A DNA stretch of 64,000 nucleotides. Source: Candidatus Poribacteria bacterium. GTDB lineage: Bacteria; Poribacteria; WGA-4E; WGA-3G. The position numbers were made by a program, and so were the translations under genes. The stretch spans positions 3,872,001 through 3,936,000 of the forward strand of contig OZ242029.1 in the NCBI GenBank assembly GCA_965205015.1, in the 5' to 3' direction. The notes beneath the pieces are model-generated. The model was not told the origin of the DNA. It saw nothing but the letters and a program-made list of their open reading frames with translations, and made no database searches. Below, piece by piece: positions 29,529-39,378 of this stretch. The first letter of the stretch is position 1. Every line of letters starts with the position of its first letter.

Positions 29529-31565
29529 TTAATCCTGCCAATCCTGATTCAGACGAGAAGAAACATGCGCCGGTTGTGTTTTGGACTTCGCTACGCCCAT
29601 TCCGAGTGCAGGTAACACAGTCTCGGAGATATCGAGGGAATAGTCAAAAATTGTCCACCCCGAAGCCCCTAAGACACGCGAGCGATAAATCTGCTCAATC
29701 ACCGCATCTGGGGTCAACAGCGAATTCGTGGCAGTGGCACCAATACCCGGATAAATGGCTACCCCTTTCGGCATCAAGGCGAGTTGGTTGGCTAATAACG
29801 CCGTAAAATAGTTTGTATCTTCTGTATAGTTCATCGGGCATACGAAATCGACATACCCCGCCTTTGCCCACGCGATCCAGTCTTGTCCGATAGAAGTAAC
29901 ACACGCTGGATAACCTCCGAAGACGGCTGTAGAAAGCTTGATGTTAGGGTTCACCTCTCGCAAGCGTTTGTGTAGCAAGCGAACCAGACGGGTGATTTGC
30001 TGCGACCGCCACTGAATATACGTGTCGCTATAAATTCCCGTTTCGGGCAATACTGCCGTGGGCCATTCGTCAATCTGCTGTCGCGTCGTAAGCATGAATC
30101 TTTCACGGCACCCCTCACAGTAACACGCATGACTTCCGGGATAACGGATATAATCCAGATGGATGCCATCGACATCGTAATTCGTTACAATTTCCAGAAT
30201 GCTGTCCAATTCCAACTGAACATTTTTCGGGTGTGATGGACAGAGCCAATTGAGGGGTTTTCCGGTCGCCGAGACTTGGGTGCGTCTCTCTTTCCGCATT
30301 TTCTCAACGAATTCTTTCGGTGCCCCTTCCAAATTCCACGTAATCTTCCATACGTGCACCTCTAAACCGTGCTTGCGTGCTGCCGTGACACACTGTGCTA
30401 ACTGATCTCCATATTGCGTAAAGGTTTTGCTCTGCGGTAGGACGTTACTGGCATAATGCCCCACCCCTGCCCACGCCATGTTTGGGAGAATCATGTTCAC
30501 GCCTGCTGCTGCCAATTCTTTGGCAGACCGATCCCAATCGCCGGGATATGCCCCAAGTCCGGAATGGTTCCACACTGCACGCCCCTCGGTTTCACGGCTG
30601 ATATGCGACAAGAAATAGGCTTTTGAAAACGCCTCTCGGCTTGCACGTGCTGTCGTTATCGCAGTATTGTATGTCTTATTGTTATACTTCGAACGCGCCT
30701 TCTCCATCAAACGTTTTCCTGTTTCCAAAGCGTCTACCGCTTCTGGTATGCCGTTTCCGTGGACAAACATCGCCAACGCCTCAAGCCCATCTGTATGCCC
30801 CACAGCCGTCATCGTCGCTATAGCACGTTTGGCAAGGGGCTGTCGAAATTCTGGAACGAGATGTCCTAAGAGCGCAGCGAGAAGTCGTGTCTTGGTGAGG
30901 ATGTCGTCTGGGAGGAAGATGTGGCTGAAGAATACACCCGCTTCGCCCATAAAAAGCGCAGGCAAACCTGTCGATTCGCCTGCCATATTGTGCCAATACC
31001 CGATCACTTTCGTCTGGGGTGTTGTCGGTGTTGCGATTGTAATGTTCCACGATGCCTGTCTAATAGAGGTCGGCAGGTCAGGTATTTCGGGCGCACTCAG
31101 TTGAATGGAAGCAAACTGTCCGGGTGATTCCTCTTTTAGCCAATCCGTTTGCCGCAAACCTAATAACGGTGCGACCGTATCCGCTAAGCTATAGGTTACG
31201 AAGAGCTTACCACCACTCGCAACGAAATCTTTCAAAAGGTCTGTCGTCTGTGCTGACAGGACAGCATTCAATGGAAGCACGATTAATTTACGGGATTTGA
31301 GTTGCGTCTGAGAGAGCGATGATTCTTCAAAAGTATCTGTAGTGAACCCGATGGTGCCGAGCATTCGACTGAATCGCTTGGCGACAGAACGCGCATATTG
31401 AACGTCTCCATCCGATATACCGGACGTGGCTGTTGGTAAGACAATCGCAATCTGTGCTCGCTGTGAGGTGGCAGGGTTGCGTTCACCGATACACCAGAGG
31501 AGTGCACAGACAAGCAAGATGATCGTGAGACTGCGTTGTTTATTTGCGGTTTCGGTCAAAAACAT
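29529..31565 (-). CDS. Glycosyl hydrolase-like family 10 (YddW/DigH-like) protein with N-terminal extension
   Basis: EGRAVW, GLEVHVW, WLCPSHP, YDVDGIHLDYIRYP, QDW..W...G.VD...PMNY motifs; N-terminal signal/TM. Confidence 0.85.
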   Translation of the reverse strand: MFLTETANKQRSLTIILLVCALLWCIGERNPATSQRAQIAIVLPTATSGISDGDVQYARSVAKRFSRMLGTIGFTTDTFEESSLSQTQLKSRKLIVLPLNAVLSAQTTDLLKDFVASGGKLFVTYSLADTVAPLLGLRQTDWLKEESPGQFASIQLSAPEIPDLPTSIRQASWNITIATPTTPQTKVIGYWHNMAGESTGLPALFMGEAGVFFSHIFLPDDILTKTRLLAALLGHLVPEFRQPLAKRAIATMTAVGHTDGLEALAMFVHGNGIPEAVDALETGKRLMEKARSKYNNKTYNTAITTARASREAFSKAYFLSHISRETEGRAVWNHSGLGAYPGDWDRSAKELAAAGVNMILPNMAWAGVGHYASNVLPQSKTFTQYGDQLAQCVTAARKHGLEVHVWKITWNLEGAPKEFVEKMRKERRTQVSATGKPLNWLCPSHPKNVQLELDSILEIVTNYDVDGIHLDYIRYPGSHACYCEGCRERFMLTTRQQIDEWPTAVLPETGIYSDTYIQWRSQQITRLVRLLHKRLREVNPNIKLSTAVFGGYPACVTSIGQDWIAWAKAGYVDFVCPMNYTEDTNYFTALLANQLALMPKGVAIYPGIGATATNSLLTPDAVIEQIYRSRVLGASGWTIFDYSLDISETVLPALGMGVAKSKTQPAHVSSRLNQDWQD

Positions 31566-33016
31566 TACCTGTTCCCCTCAACATGAGTAGCGGCAAATTT
31601 AGGATTTTCACCTTTGGCAAGAGGTGTTTCCGCGGTTTTCCCCAAAAACCTCTCGATGCCCTGTGCAATAGCAGTGGCGATTTTATGTTGATATGCCGAT
31701 GTTGCGAGCTTTCGTCCTTCCGTTGGATTCGATATAAATCCGGTCTCGATGAGGATAGCAGGTACGTTTGTTCCGATCAATACGACAAACCGTGCGTGTT
31801 TGACCCCACGGTCGACTGCACCTGTGGCTTGCACCAATGTTTGTTGTACCTGTCTTGCCAATCGCTTACTATCTTCGCTTTTGCTCTCCTGTATGATTCC
31901 CTTTAGCAGCGTTTCCAGTTCTTGGATGCTGTAGCCGGAGTCCGCATTTTCTCGGGCCGCAATATCTGCTGAGGCTTTGTCCGTACTGGTAACGCTCAGA
32001 TAGTAGGTTTCGATGCCTTTTGCTTTAGCGTTTTCACTGGCGTTCGCATGAATGCTCAGAAAGAGATCCGCTTTGTGTTGTGTTGCGAAGGCAGTGCGTT
32101 GCTTGAGCGGAATATAACGATTGGTATCACGTGTCATCAGGACAGTATAGCCTTTTCGCGTGAGCACCTCACGAAGTTTTTCAGAGATACTCAGAACAAT
32201 GGCTTTCTCCTGTAAGCTCCCCGTGCCCAATGCGCCTGGGTCTTTGCCGCCATGACCAGGGTCAATGACAATCGTTTTCGCTGTTAATCCAAATTCACGT
32301 GTCAGTGATTCGGGAACTAAAGGCTTTTTCGTTTCGGGAATAAGGGTTGGAGGATCCGATTGTGTTTTTTTCGATTGTGTTTGTGCTTGAACGACCCTTT
32401 CAGACGGTGATGCTATCGATTTTCGTTGTATTTTGAGGGTGCTTAGTTCCGCGGTGGCAGCAACAGTAATTTCCTGATCTCTTGAGGATTCAATAAGATT
32501 CGCATAGAGCGTCTTGGCGCGTGTGATGTAACCTTGTCTCACATATACGCGTGCCAATTCTAATTGGGAAGTGTCAGCGATTTTGGAACCCGCATAGCGA
32601 CTCTCCACAATCTGGTATTGTGTGATGGCTTGGTAATCGTTTCCGACATAAGCATAACAACGCCCCAACCAGTAGTGCGCTTGTGGAACATACCCTGAGT
32701 TCGGATAGGTGCGAATCAGTTTTTGAAAAGCCTTAATTGCCTGCTGTGGTGCTTCAGAGGCACCGACTTTGATACTCCAGACCCAACTGGAAGCGATGGC
32801 GTATTGTGCATCATCTGCCGTGGGGCCTGCCGGATCTGCCTCAATAATTTCCTGAAACTCTGAAATAAGCCTACGCCACTCTGCGGCAGTCGCGTCTTTT
32901 TTGCCGCTCACGTACGCACGATGGCGCTGTGAAGCCGCTCTATAACCGGACATGCTTACACATCCAGATGATACCGCTAAAGAAAGAATTAGCAGGCAAG
33001 ACCACCATATTTTCAC
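31565..33016 (-). CDS. N-acetylmuramoyl-L-alanine amidase (Amidase_3) lipoprotein with N-terminal TPR/BamD-like repeats
   Basis: IDPGHGGKDPGA, EK, TRD, SIHANA and LIETGFISN motifs; lipobox SSGC. SD GAGGAG favours the GTG at 33016. Confidence 0.9.
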   Translation of the reverse strand: MKIWWSCLLILSLAVSSGCVSMSGYRAASQRHRAYVSGKKDATAAEWRRLISEFQEIIEADPAGPTADDAQYAIASSWVWSIKVGASEAPQQAIKAFQKLIRTYPNSGYVPQAHYWLGRCYAYVGNDYQAITQYQIVESRYAGSKIADTSQLELARVYVRQGYITRAKTLYANLIESSRDQEITVAATAELSTLKIQRKSIASPSERVVQAQTQSKKTQSDPPTLIPETKKPLVPESLTREFGLTAKTIVIDPGHGGKDPGALGTGSLQEKAIVLSISEKLREVLTRKGYTVLMTRDTNRYIPLKQRTAFATQHKADLFLSIHANASENAKAKGIETYYLSVTSTDKASADIAARENADSGYSIQELETLLKGIIQESKSEDSKRLARQVQQTLVQATGAVDRGVKHARFVVLIGTNVPAILIETGFISNPTEGRKLATSAYQHKIATAIAQGIERFLGKTAETPLAKGENPKFAATHVEGNR

Positions 33017-33245
33017 TATTCGACTCCTCTGGCACGATGTTGTGTTTTTCCGATTGTTTATCTCATATTCTATAAAACAAAACGAAATATTCTTACCTTT
33101 CGTTACCAAATTGCGCTATCCAGGTGTAATTGTCTCCGCTTTTTAAGAAAATTCTGCGAACACATTTCTTTGTTGACGCTTCTCTTAATCTACGTTAGAC
33201 TGACATCTTATAATTGACTTTAAAAAAGCGAGGTAAGGAGAACCG

Positions 33246-33950
33246 ATGGAACTGAGTCCCCAAGAAATCCAGTTGTTTCGCCACAACGGCTTTATCAGAT
33301 TTCCGACGCAACTCTCTAAAGACCATGTAGAGGCACTGAAAGCAGCGGCACTGAAAGACATGGAAGAAGGCGTGGAGCCTGTTGCCCGACAAGACGGTAG
33401 AATTATCCGAATCTCTGCTGTTTGGCAGCGGGGTGGCATCTTCCAAGAGACGATTACTTGCGACGAAATCCTCAATCCGTTGGAATCATTATTGGGTCCG
33501 AATATAGAATTTGTGCTGAATCGTCACAATCACGTCTATCTTCGAGACGCAGGTTCAACGCATTCGCTTGAGTTGCATCGCGATGTACGCCACTGGTCTC
33601 GGACAATTGCAACTGTTCTGATCTATCTCGAGGACACGAACTTAGAGAACGGCTGCACACGGGTTGTCCCTGGCTCACATCATCTGCCTGCGTTTGCGAG
33701 TCTTAACGACGATACACTCCAGCATATCGCGGCGAGTCAAGCGATCCCGTTACCGATGCCAGCCGGGGGATTGCTCGCTATTGATAGCATGATAATTCAC
33801 TCGGCGGGGGTTAATCGCACAGATAGGACGCGGATGAGTATGACCCTCGGTTACCATAGCACAGATGAACTCGCATCGGGAGATAATCCAAGGAAAGTGC
33901 TTGTGCGTGGCGAGCGACCGTATCGCGGAAACGACAAGCCCCGTGAATAA
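33246..33950 (+). CDS. PhyH-family dioxygenase
   Basis: FRHNGFI, LHRD, ENGCT..VPGSH and H.AG.N.T...R motifs. Confidence 0.88.
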   Translation: MELSPQEIQLFRHNGFIRFPTQLSKDHVEALKAAALKDMEEGVEPVARQDGRIIRISAVWQRGGIFQETITCDEILNPLESLLGPNIEFVLNRHNHVYLRDAGSTHSLELHRDVRHWSRTIATVLIYLEDTNLENGCTRVVPGSHHLPAFASLNDDTLQHIAASQAIPLPMPAGGLLAIDSMIIHSAGVNRTDRTRMSMTLGYHSTDELASGDNPRKVLVRGERPYRGNDKPRE

Positions 33951-34048
33951 TTCTGCCGGAATTGGGTTTATAGTGAATGAGGACGCATTCGCAAAGATCC
34001 TCTGAAAATCTGATTTTTTGAAAAAAGTGATACTTTTTCATTTTTTTC

Positions 34049-34077
34049 TTGACAAACAGCGAACTCTGTGGTATACT
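34049..34077 (+). promoter_or_regulatory. Strong sigma70 promoter of the tRNA operon
   Basis: TTGACA-17 bp-TATACT, extended TG, AT-rich UP-like tract upstream. Confidence 0.8.
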
Positions 34078-34121
34078 TAATAATGCTATTGGGAGTCTTG
34101 ATTTTAAGATTGAAAAATTCT

Positions 34122-34195
34122 GGGCGGGTAGCTCAGGTGGCTAGAGCGACAGCCTTACAAGCTGTAGGTCACAGGTTCAAGTCCTGTCCCGCCTA
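34122..34195 (+). tRNA. tRNA-Val (TAC), CCA not encoded
   Basis: Acceptor GGGCGGG/CCCGCCT, anticodon arm ACAGC-CTTACAA-GCTGT, T-loop GGTTCAAGTCC. Confidence 0.95.
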
Positions 34196-34250
34196 CCTAC
34201 CGTAACCGCCTAAAAATCGAAAGTCTCTCGATTGCAAGATTGAAAATTAT

Positions 34251-34326
34251 GGGCTCGTGGCGCAGTTTGGTTTAGCGCGCCTGCCTGTCACGCAGGAGGT
34301 CGCGGGTTCAAGTCCCGTCGGGCCCG
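34251..34326 (+). tRNA. tRNA-Asp (GTC), CCA not encoded
   Basis: Acceptor GGGCTCG/CGGGCCC, anticodon arm CCTGC-CTGTCAC-GCAGG, T-loop GGTTCAAGTCC. Confidence 0.95.
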
Positions 34327-34349
34327 TTTCTATTATGCTATGCCGAATT

Positions 34350-34385
34350 AGCCACAGGTTGTATTTTACAATGCTGTGGTTTTTT
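34350..34385 (+). terminator. Intrinsic terminator after tRNA-Asp
   Basis: CCACAG.TTGTA/TACAA..CTGTGG hairpin followed by a T-run. Confidence 0.65.
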
Positions 34386-34450
34386 CGTTACTGGACAGTT
34401 GCAGATTCGACAGCACAGTACAAATCCAAATACAGAGGAGCGGTACCGCC

Positions 34451-35740
34451 GTGATTGATCTTAAGTTTATTCGCGAAAATACCGAAGATGTCCGCCAGAT
34501 GTTAGCAAATCGCCAGACGGAAGCAGACTTGGACCGGTTGGTAGAATTGGATACACGCTGGCGCGAGAGCTTGACGCATACACAATCCCTCAAAGCACAC
34601 CAGAATCAGGTTTCACAACAAATTGCGGCGCGTAAAAAGGCGAAACAGGACGCCGCAGAAACTATCGCGGAGATGCGGAAACTCTCCCAAGAAATCAAGG
34701 AACTCACCGCCGAAGCCAACGCTACGAAAGCCGAGATAGATGCCATTCTGTTGACAATCCCGAATATGCCGGAGGCAAGCACACCCGTTGGCACGAGTGA
34801 AGATGACAACATCGAAATTAAAACGTGGGGTGAATTGCCCAGTTTCGATTTTGCGTTGAAACCGCACTGGGAAATCGCTGAACAGTTGGATATTGTCGAT
34901 TTTCAACGCGGTGCGAAGGTCGCAGGGAGCAACTTCGTGCTTTTCAAAGGTTTAGGGGCGCGATTGGAGCGTGCGTTAATCCAGTTCATGCTCGATTTGC
35001 ACACAACCCAACACGGCTACACCGAAATCTCACCGCCATTCCTCGCCAACCGACCGACCATGACAGGAACGGGGCAACTCCCTAAATTTGAGTCAGATAT
35101 GTACCGATGCGATAGGGATGAAGAAAATCCCGACAGCGATCTGTTTCTCATTCCAACTGCTGAGGTTCCTGTAACGAATCTTTTCGCAGGTGAGATACTC
35201 TCCGGTGAGGAGTTACCGATCTATTACACCGCCTATACACCGTGTTTCCGGCGTGAAGCAGGGACTTATGGTAAAGACACACGCGGTTTACAACGTATCC
35301 ATCAATTTGACAAGGTGGAGATGGTGAAGTTCACTACACCCGAAACCTCTTATGCCGAACATGAATCACTATTGACAAACGCCGAGAGCGTTCTACAGGC
35401 ACTCGGTTTGTCTTACCGCGTCGTGCAACATTGCACGGTGGAACTCGGTTTCGCCGCAGCGAAATGCTATGATATTGAGGTTTGGGCACCCGCACGGCAA
35501 CGGTTTTTAGAGGTTTCCTCGTGTAGCAACTTCGAGGCGTTTCAAGCACGTCGTGCAAATATCCGCTTCCGCCGTGAAGCGGGGTCGAGACCGGAGTTCG
35601 TTCACACACTGAACGCATCTGGCACCGCACTGCCACGCGTTGTTATCGCACTTCTGGAGACGTATCAGAATCCTGACGGAACGGTGCGCGTACCGGCAGT
35701 CTTACAACCGTATATGGGTGGAATAAAGCAGATTGGTTAG
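34451..35740 (+). CDS. serS: Seryl-tRNA synthetase
   Basis: GTGQLPKF, LIPTAEVP, FRREAG..G.DTRGL.R.HQF.KVE, EVSSCSN and HTLNASG motifs. SD GAGGAG favours the GTG at 34451. Confidence 0.97.
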   Translation: MIDLKFIRENTEDVRQMLANRQTEADLDRLVELDTRWRESLTHTQSLKAHQNQVSQQIAARKKAKQDAAETIAEMRKLSQEIKELTAEANATKAEIDAILLTIPNMPEASTPVGTSEDDNIEIKTWGELPSFDFALKPHWEIAEQLDIVDFQRGAKVAGSNFVLFKGLGARLERALIQFMLDLHTTQHGYTEISPPFLANRPTMTGTGQLPKFESDMYRCDRDEENPDSDLFLIPTAEVPVTNLFAGEILSGEELPIYYTAYTPCFRREAGTYGKDTRGLQRIHQFDKVEMVKFTTPETSYAEHESLLTNAESVLQALGLSYRVVQHCTVELGFAAAKCYDIEVWAPARQRFLEVSSCSNFEAFQARRANIRFRREAGSRPEFVHTLNASGTALPRVVIALLETYQNPDGTVRVPAVLQPYMGGIKQIG

Positions 35741-35805
35741 GGTAGGAGAATTTTCATCTGACTGTGAGATGGGTGGCTTTTCCTATTCTACGTGTGCCTG
35801 CGCGA

Positions 35806-36909
35806 CTAAGCATCGGATTCCATGCGCGGGCGAAGCACTTTTAACTCCTTAAGAAGGACATCTCTGTTTTCTGTTTCTCTCTGTTTGAGTTGTTCCAGAT
35901 CATCAGCGTTTGTTTTCACGGTGAATCCGGCATCTCTAATCATCTGGAGTGTGCGTGATGCCGTTGAGCCTTCCGCATTCAGGTAGCCGTCTATAAACAT
36001 CGAATTTGCTGGATAGAGTGCCATCACTTCCATACTCCGAAAATGGTGTTCCCTGCCGGCAGCGACCCGTATCTCAGCCTGCGGGTTCAAGAATCGATAA
36101 AGACATAACACGCGTAAACAATAATCTGGGGTTAAGGTGGTAGGCACACTCCGCTGTGCCGTAACGGATTCTGACAACTGCGTACCAGATATCGGTAGGA
36201 AAAAGTTTACTGGGAGTGAGGCGACCTCAAGTTGCCGAAGTGCTTTCGCTACTTTAATTAAGTCATTCGTTTTTTCTCCCATCCCAACGATCACCCCTGA
36301 ACAGCAGGCGAGTCCGGCCGTCTGTGCGGCTTGCAACGTATCCATTCTATCCTGATAACTATGTGTGCTACATATCTTTGGGTAATGGGATTCGGAAGTA
36401 TTCAGATTGTGGTTCAATCTGTCCAATCCAGCTTCTTTCAAGATACCCGCAGATTCTACATCGATCAATCCGGCGGAGAGACATACTTCGATCGGATAGT
36501 GTGCTTTTACGGTGCGGATGAGTTTCGCAAGGTGCGCGACGCGTTTTGGTGAGGGACCGCGTCCACTCATGACGATACAGTAGCGATACGCGCCGGATTC
36601 ATAAGCGCGTTCCGCTTCTGCGAGAATCTCGGTGTCAGGTTTTAGGGGGTAAGTTTCGATGTCTGTGGTTGCGGAACTTGCCTGCGCGCAATAGTGGCAA
36701 TCCTCTGGACAGTAGCCGTTCTGGGCGTTGTTGAGGATGTGCAGTTGGACCTCATTTTGGAAGTAGGTTTTGCGAACCTGATACGCTGCGTCCAGAAGTG
36801 AGAGTAGTTCTATTTCTGATGCGGTTAGAAGTTTCTCACAAGTCGCATCGGAAAGGAGTTCGCCACTGAGGCTGAGGGTTGTTAATTCTTGATAAAATGT
36901 TGTTTCCAT
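35806..36909 (-). CDS. bioB: Biotin synthase
   Basis: CPEDCHYCAQ radical-SAM motif, NHNLNTS, CSG.IVGMGE, PVNF and R.AAGRE. Confidence 0.95.
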   Translation of the reverse strand: METTFYQELTTLSLSGELLSDATCEKLLTASEIELLSLLDAAYQVRKTYFQNEVQLHILNNAQNGYCPEDCHYCAQASSATTDIETYPLKPDTEILAEAERAYESGAYRYCIVMSGRGPSPKRVAHLAKLIRTVKAHYPIEVCLSAGLIDVESAGILKEAGLDRLNHNLNTSESHYPKICSTHSYQDRMDTLQAAQTAGLACCSGVIVGMGEKTNDLIKVAKALRQLEVASLPVNFFLPISGTQLSESVTAQRSVPTTLTPDYCLRVLCLYRFLNPQAEIRVAAGREHHFRSMEVMALYPANSMFIDGYLNAEGSTASRTLQMIRDAGFTVKTNADDLEQLKQRETENRDVLLKELKVLRPRMESDA

Positions 36910-36955
36910 TTTTTTCCAATTGGGTTTTCGCTCCGATTTTTCCGTTTGCGTCTAC

Positions 36956-37774
36956 CTAAAAAATCTCCCACGCGATGTCGGTTGCGTTAAAAACTGGACC
37001 TTCGGTACAAACACGTTGGTATTCAAAGTGATCCATGTCTATTCGGACGGGACAAACGCAACCGAGACACACCCCCATAGCACACCCCATTCGATTCTCC
37101 ATCGCAATTTGGGCAGGCACTTCAAAGTCAGTCGCAATTTTCGTGACAGCCGCGAGCATTCCATGAGGTCCACATGCATAAATCGTCGGGCGGTGCCATT
37201 TGGTTTCGCGCAGCAAGTCCGTGAGGATCTCGGTGACATACCCGTGATGTCCGATACTCCCATCGTCTGTAGCGATATGTACTCCGATGCCGATAGATTC
37301 TAAATCTGACACACTCAAGAGTCGCGCCCGATGCTGCGCACCGACTAATCCGAACGTCTGTGTATCGTTTTCGCGCAACGCAACAGCCAGTAACATGAGC
37401 GAAGCGATACCGGCACCTCCACCGACAAGGATCGCTGGCTCAGGTTTTGTGGTAAGATTAAACGTATTGCCGAGCGGTCCCAAGATTTGGAGTGGCGCGC
37501 CTTGCGGCATCTCCGACAATTGCTTTGTCCCCGCGCCGATGATCTGATAGAGCATCGTTATTTCGTGCCTTTCCACCGTATAGATGGTGAAAGGACGACG
37601 GAGTAACATGCCTGTATTGTCTGAAATCATGACGTGGACAAACTGCCCTGGGCGTGCATGCTGTGCGATTTCAGCACATTCGCAACGCAACAGGTAATGC
37701 GCTTCCGCTACCTCTTCGTTAGAGAGGATGGTCGTCCGAGTGTCATAGGTGTTCGATGAACAGTTACTTGACAT
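36956..37774 (-). CDS. pyrK: Dihydroorotate dehydrogenase B electron-transfer subunit
   Basis: PGQF, RRPFT, GPLGN, GGGAG, ACGP and MGCAMGVCLGC...RVC.EGPVF motifs. Confidence 0.88.
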   Translation of the reverse strand: MSSNCSSNTYDTRTTILSNEEVAEAHYLLRCECAEIAQHARPGQFVHVMISDNTGMLLRRPFTIYTVERHEITMLYQIIGAGTKQLSEMPQGAPLQILGPLGNTFNLTTKPEPAILVGGGAGIASLMLLAVALRENDTQTFGLVGAQHRARLLSVSDLESIGIGVHIATDDGSIGHHGYVTEILTDLLRETKWHRPTIYACGPHGMLAAVTKIATDFEVPAQIAMENRMGCAMGVCLGCVCPVRIDMDHFEYQRVCTEGPVFNATDIAWEIF

Positions 37775-37962
37775 AGCATATATATGTTACCACGTAGAGA
37801 TGGATATAGCAAGGGTATTATAGTAGGAGCGTTCAGTTTGCTCAATGAATAAAAGAAAGGATAGGCAATTTTCTCGCTAAATGAAATAATTCTTGCATAA
37901 AGAATTCACTTGCAATTTTTGGGAATTATGTTATGATTAAGCGCGAAGGAGAGTAACAGATA

Positions 37963-38907
37963 ATGGAAAATACATTGAAGTTCCGCAGCGATCGACGTTT
38001 CAAAATCGTGCAATTTACGGATATTCATTGGCAGAACGGTGAAGCACCTGATCAGCGATCGGCGGACCTGATGGTACGAATTGCAAAGGCTGAGGTCCCG
38101 GATTTAATTGTACTGACAGGTGATATTTTATCGGGGGGCGGGTGCGACAACGCCGCTGATTCTCTTCGAGAAGTTGTTAAAATCGTAGAAGGATGCGGCG
38201 TCCCATGGACAGCGGTTTTCGGGAATCACGATGATGAAGGAAGTGCTGATCGCAACGAATTGATGGCAGTCATGCAAGAAGGCACCTTCTCTCTCGCGGA
38301 ACCGGGACCCACAGAGATACCCGGTGTCGGAAATTACGTTTTACCCATCCAAAACGCTGAGGCGAACGCATCCGCAGCACTCCTCTATTTTATTGATTCC
38401 GGCAGCTACTCACAAACACATATTGATGGCTATGATTGGATTAAACGGGAACAAATTGCGTGGTACTTACAGGAATCTGCAAAATTCACTGCTGAAGCGG
38501 GATATCCACTTCCGGCACTCGCCTTTTTTCACATCCCAATCCCTGAATATGATGAGGTATGGGACTTTCACACCTGCTATGGCGTGAAGTACGAGAACGT
38601 GTGTGCGCCTCGGCTCAATACAGGTTTCTTCGCTGCGATGCACGAAGCAGGCGATGTCATGGGAACGTTTGTCGGACATGAACATATTAACGATTTCTGG
38701 GGAGAGTTGCACGGAATTCGCTTGTGTTATGGGCGCGCTTCCGGCTACAATACTTACGGTAAAGACGGATTTCCCCGCGGCGCCCGCGTCATCATGTTAC
38801 AGGAAGGCGAGCGTCAATTTGAGACGTGGCTTCATCTGGATGATGGGACGATCGTCCGGAAGCAACCAGAACATACACCACTTCAGCGAACTTTTACCGA
38901 AGATTAA
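37963..38907 (+). CDS. Calcineurin-like metallophosphoesterase (Dcr2-like)
   Basis: FTDIH, TGD, FGNHD, FFHIP and GHEH.ND motifs. Confidence 0.9.
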   Translation: MENTLKFRSDRRFKIVQFTDIHWQNGEAPDQRSADLMVRIAKAEVPDLIVLTGDILSGGGCDNAADSLREVVKIVEGCGVPWTAVFGNHDDEGSADRNELMAVMQEGTFSLAEPGPTEIPGVGNYVLPIQNAEANASAALLYFIDSGSYSQTHIDGYDWIKREQIAWYLQESAKFTAEAGYPLPALAFFHIPIPEYDEVWDFHTCYGVKYENVCAPRLNTGFFAAMHEAGDVMGTFVGHEHINDFWGELHGIRLCYGRASGYNTYGKDGFPRGARVIMLQEGERQFETWLHLDDGTIVRKQPEHTPLQRTFTED

Positions 38908-38971
38908 CGGACTGCACTGCAACCAATAATCAGATTTAACGAATTCAGGATTGATCTTACAGGAGGAAATT

Positions 38972-39316
38972 GTGAGGGCAAATTCTCAAATCTCTATTCG
39001 ACACGAAGGGAAGATTGCAATATTTGACATTACAGGCTATCTCACCGATGCTTCCGAACCTATATTGAGTGAGGCGTACGCCGACGCTGAAGTTCAGGAC
39101 GCAGAAAAGGTTTTACTCAATTTTGAACGGCGCAGTTTCATCACAAGTAGTGGGTTCGGTGAGATCATCAGACTCCTTTGGAAGATGCGGGAGAAAGGGC
39201 AAGCGCTACGGGTTGCACATCCGTCTACACAGGTCCGAAATATCTTCAATACCATTGGACTGACACAGAGCATAGGTGTCTTTGAATCCGAAGCAGCCGC
39301 ATTAGAGGACTTCTGA
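38972..39316 (+). CDS. STAS-domain anti-sigma factor antagonist
   Basis: FITSSGFG phosphorylatable-Ser motif and VRNIF..IGL. SD AGGAGG precedes the GTG at 38972. Confidence 0.85.
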   Translation: MRANSQISIRHEGKIAIFDITGYLTDASEPILSEAYADAEVQDAEKVLLNFERRSFITSSGFGEIIRLLWKMREKGQALRVAHPSTQVRNIFNTIGLTQSIGVFESEAAALEDF

Positions 39317-39378
39317 TATGTTCCTTGTGGTTTGAGAACATTGGATTAAATACACAAATTAGGTCCTAATCGCACGCC

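Noticed and set aside
34122-34450. tRNA-anchored integrative element
   Set aside because: No integrase and no duplicated tRNA 3' end were seen, and serS follows directly.
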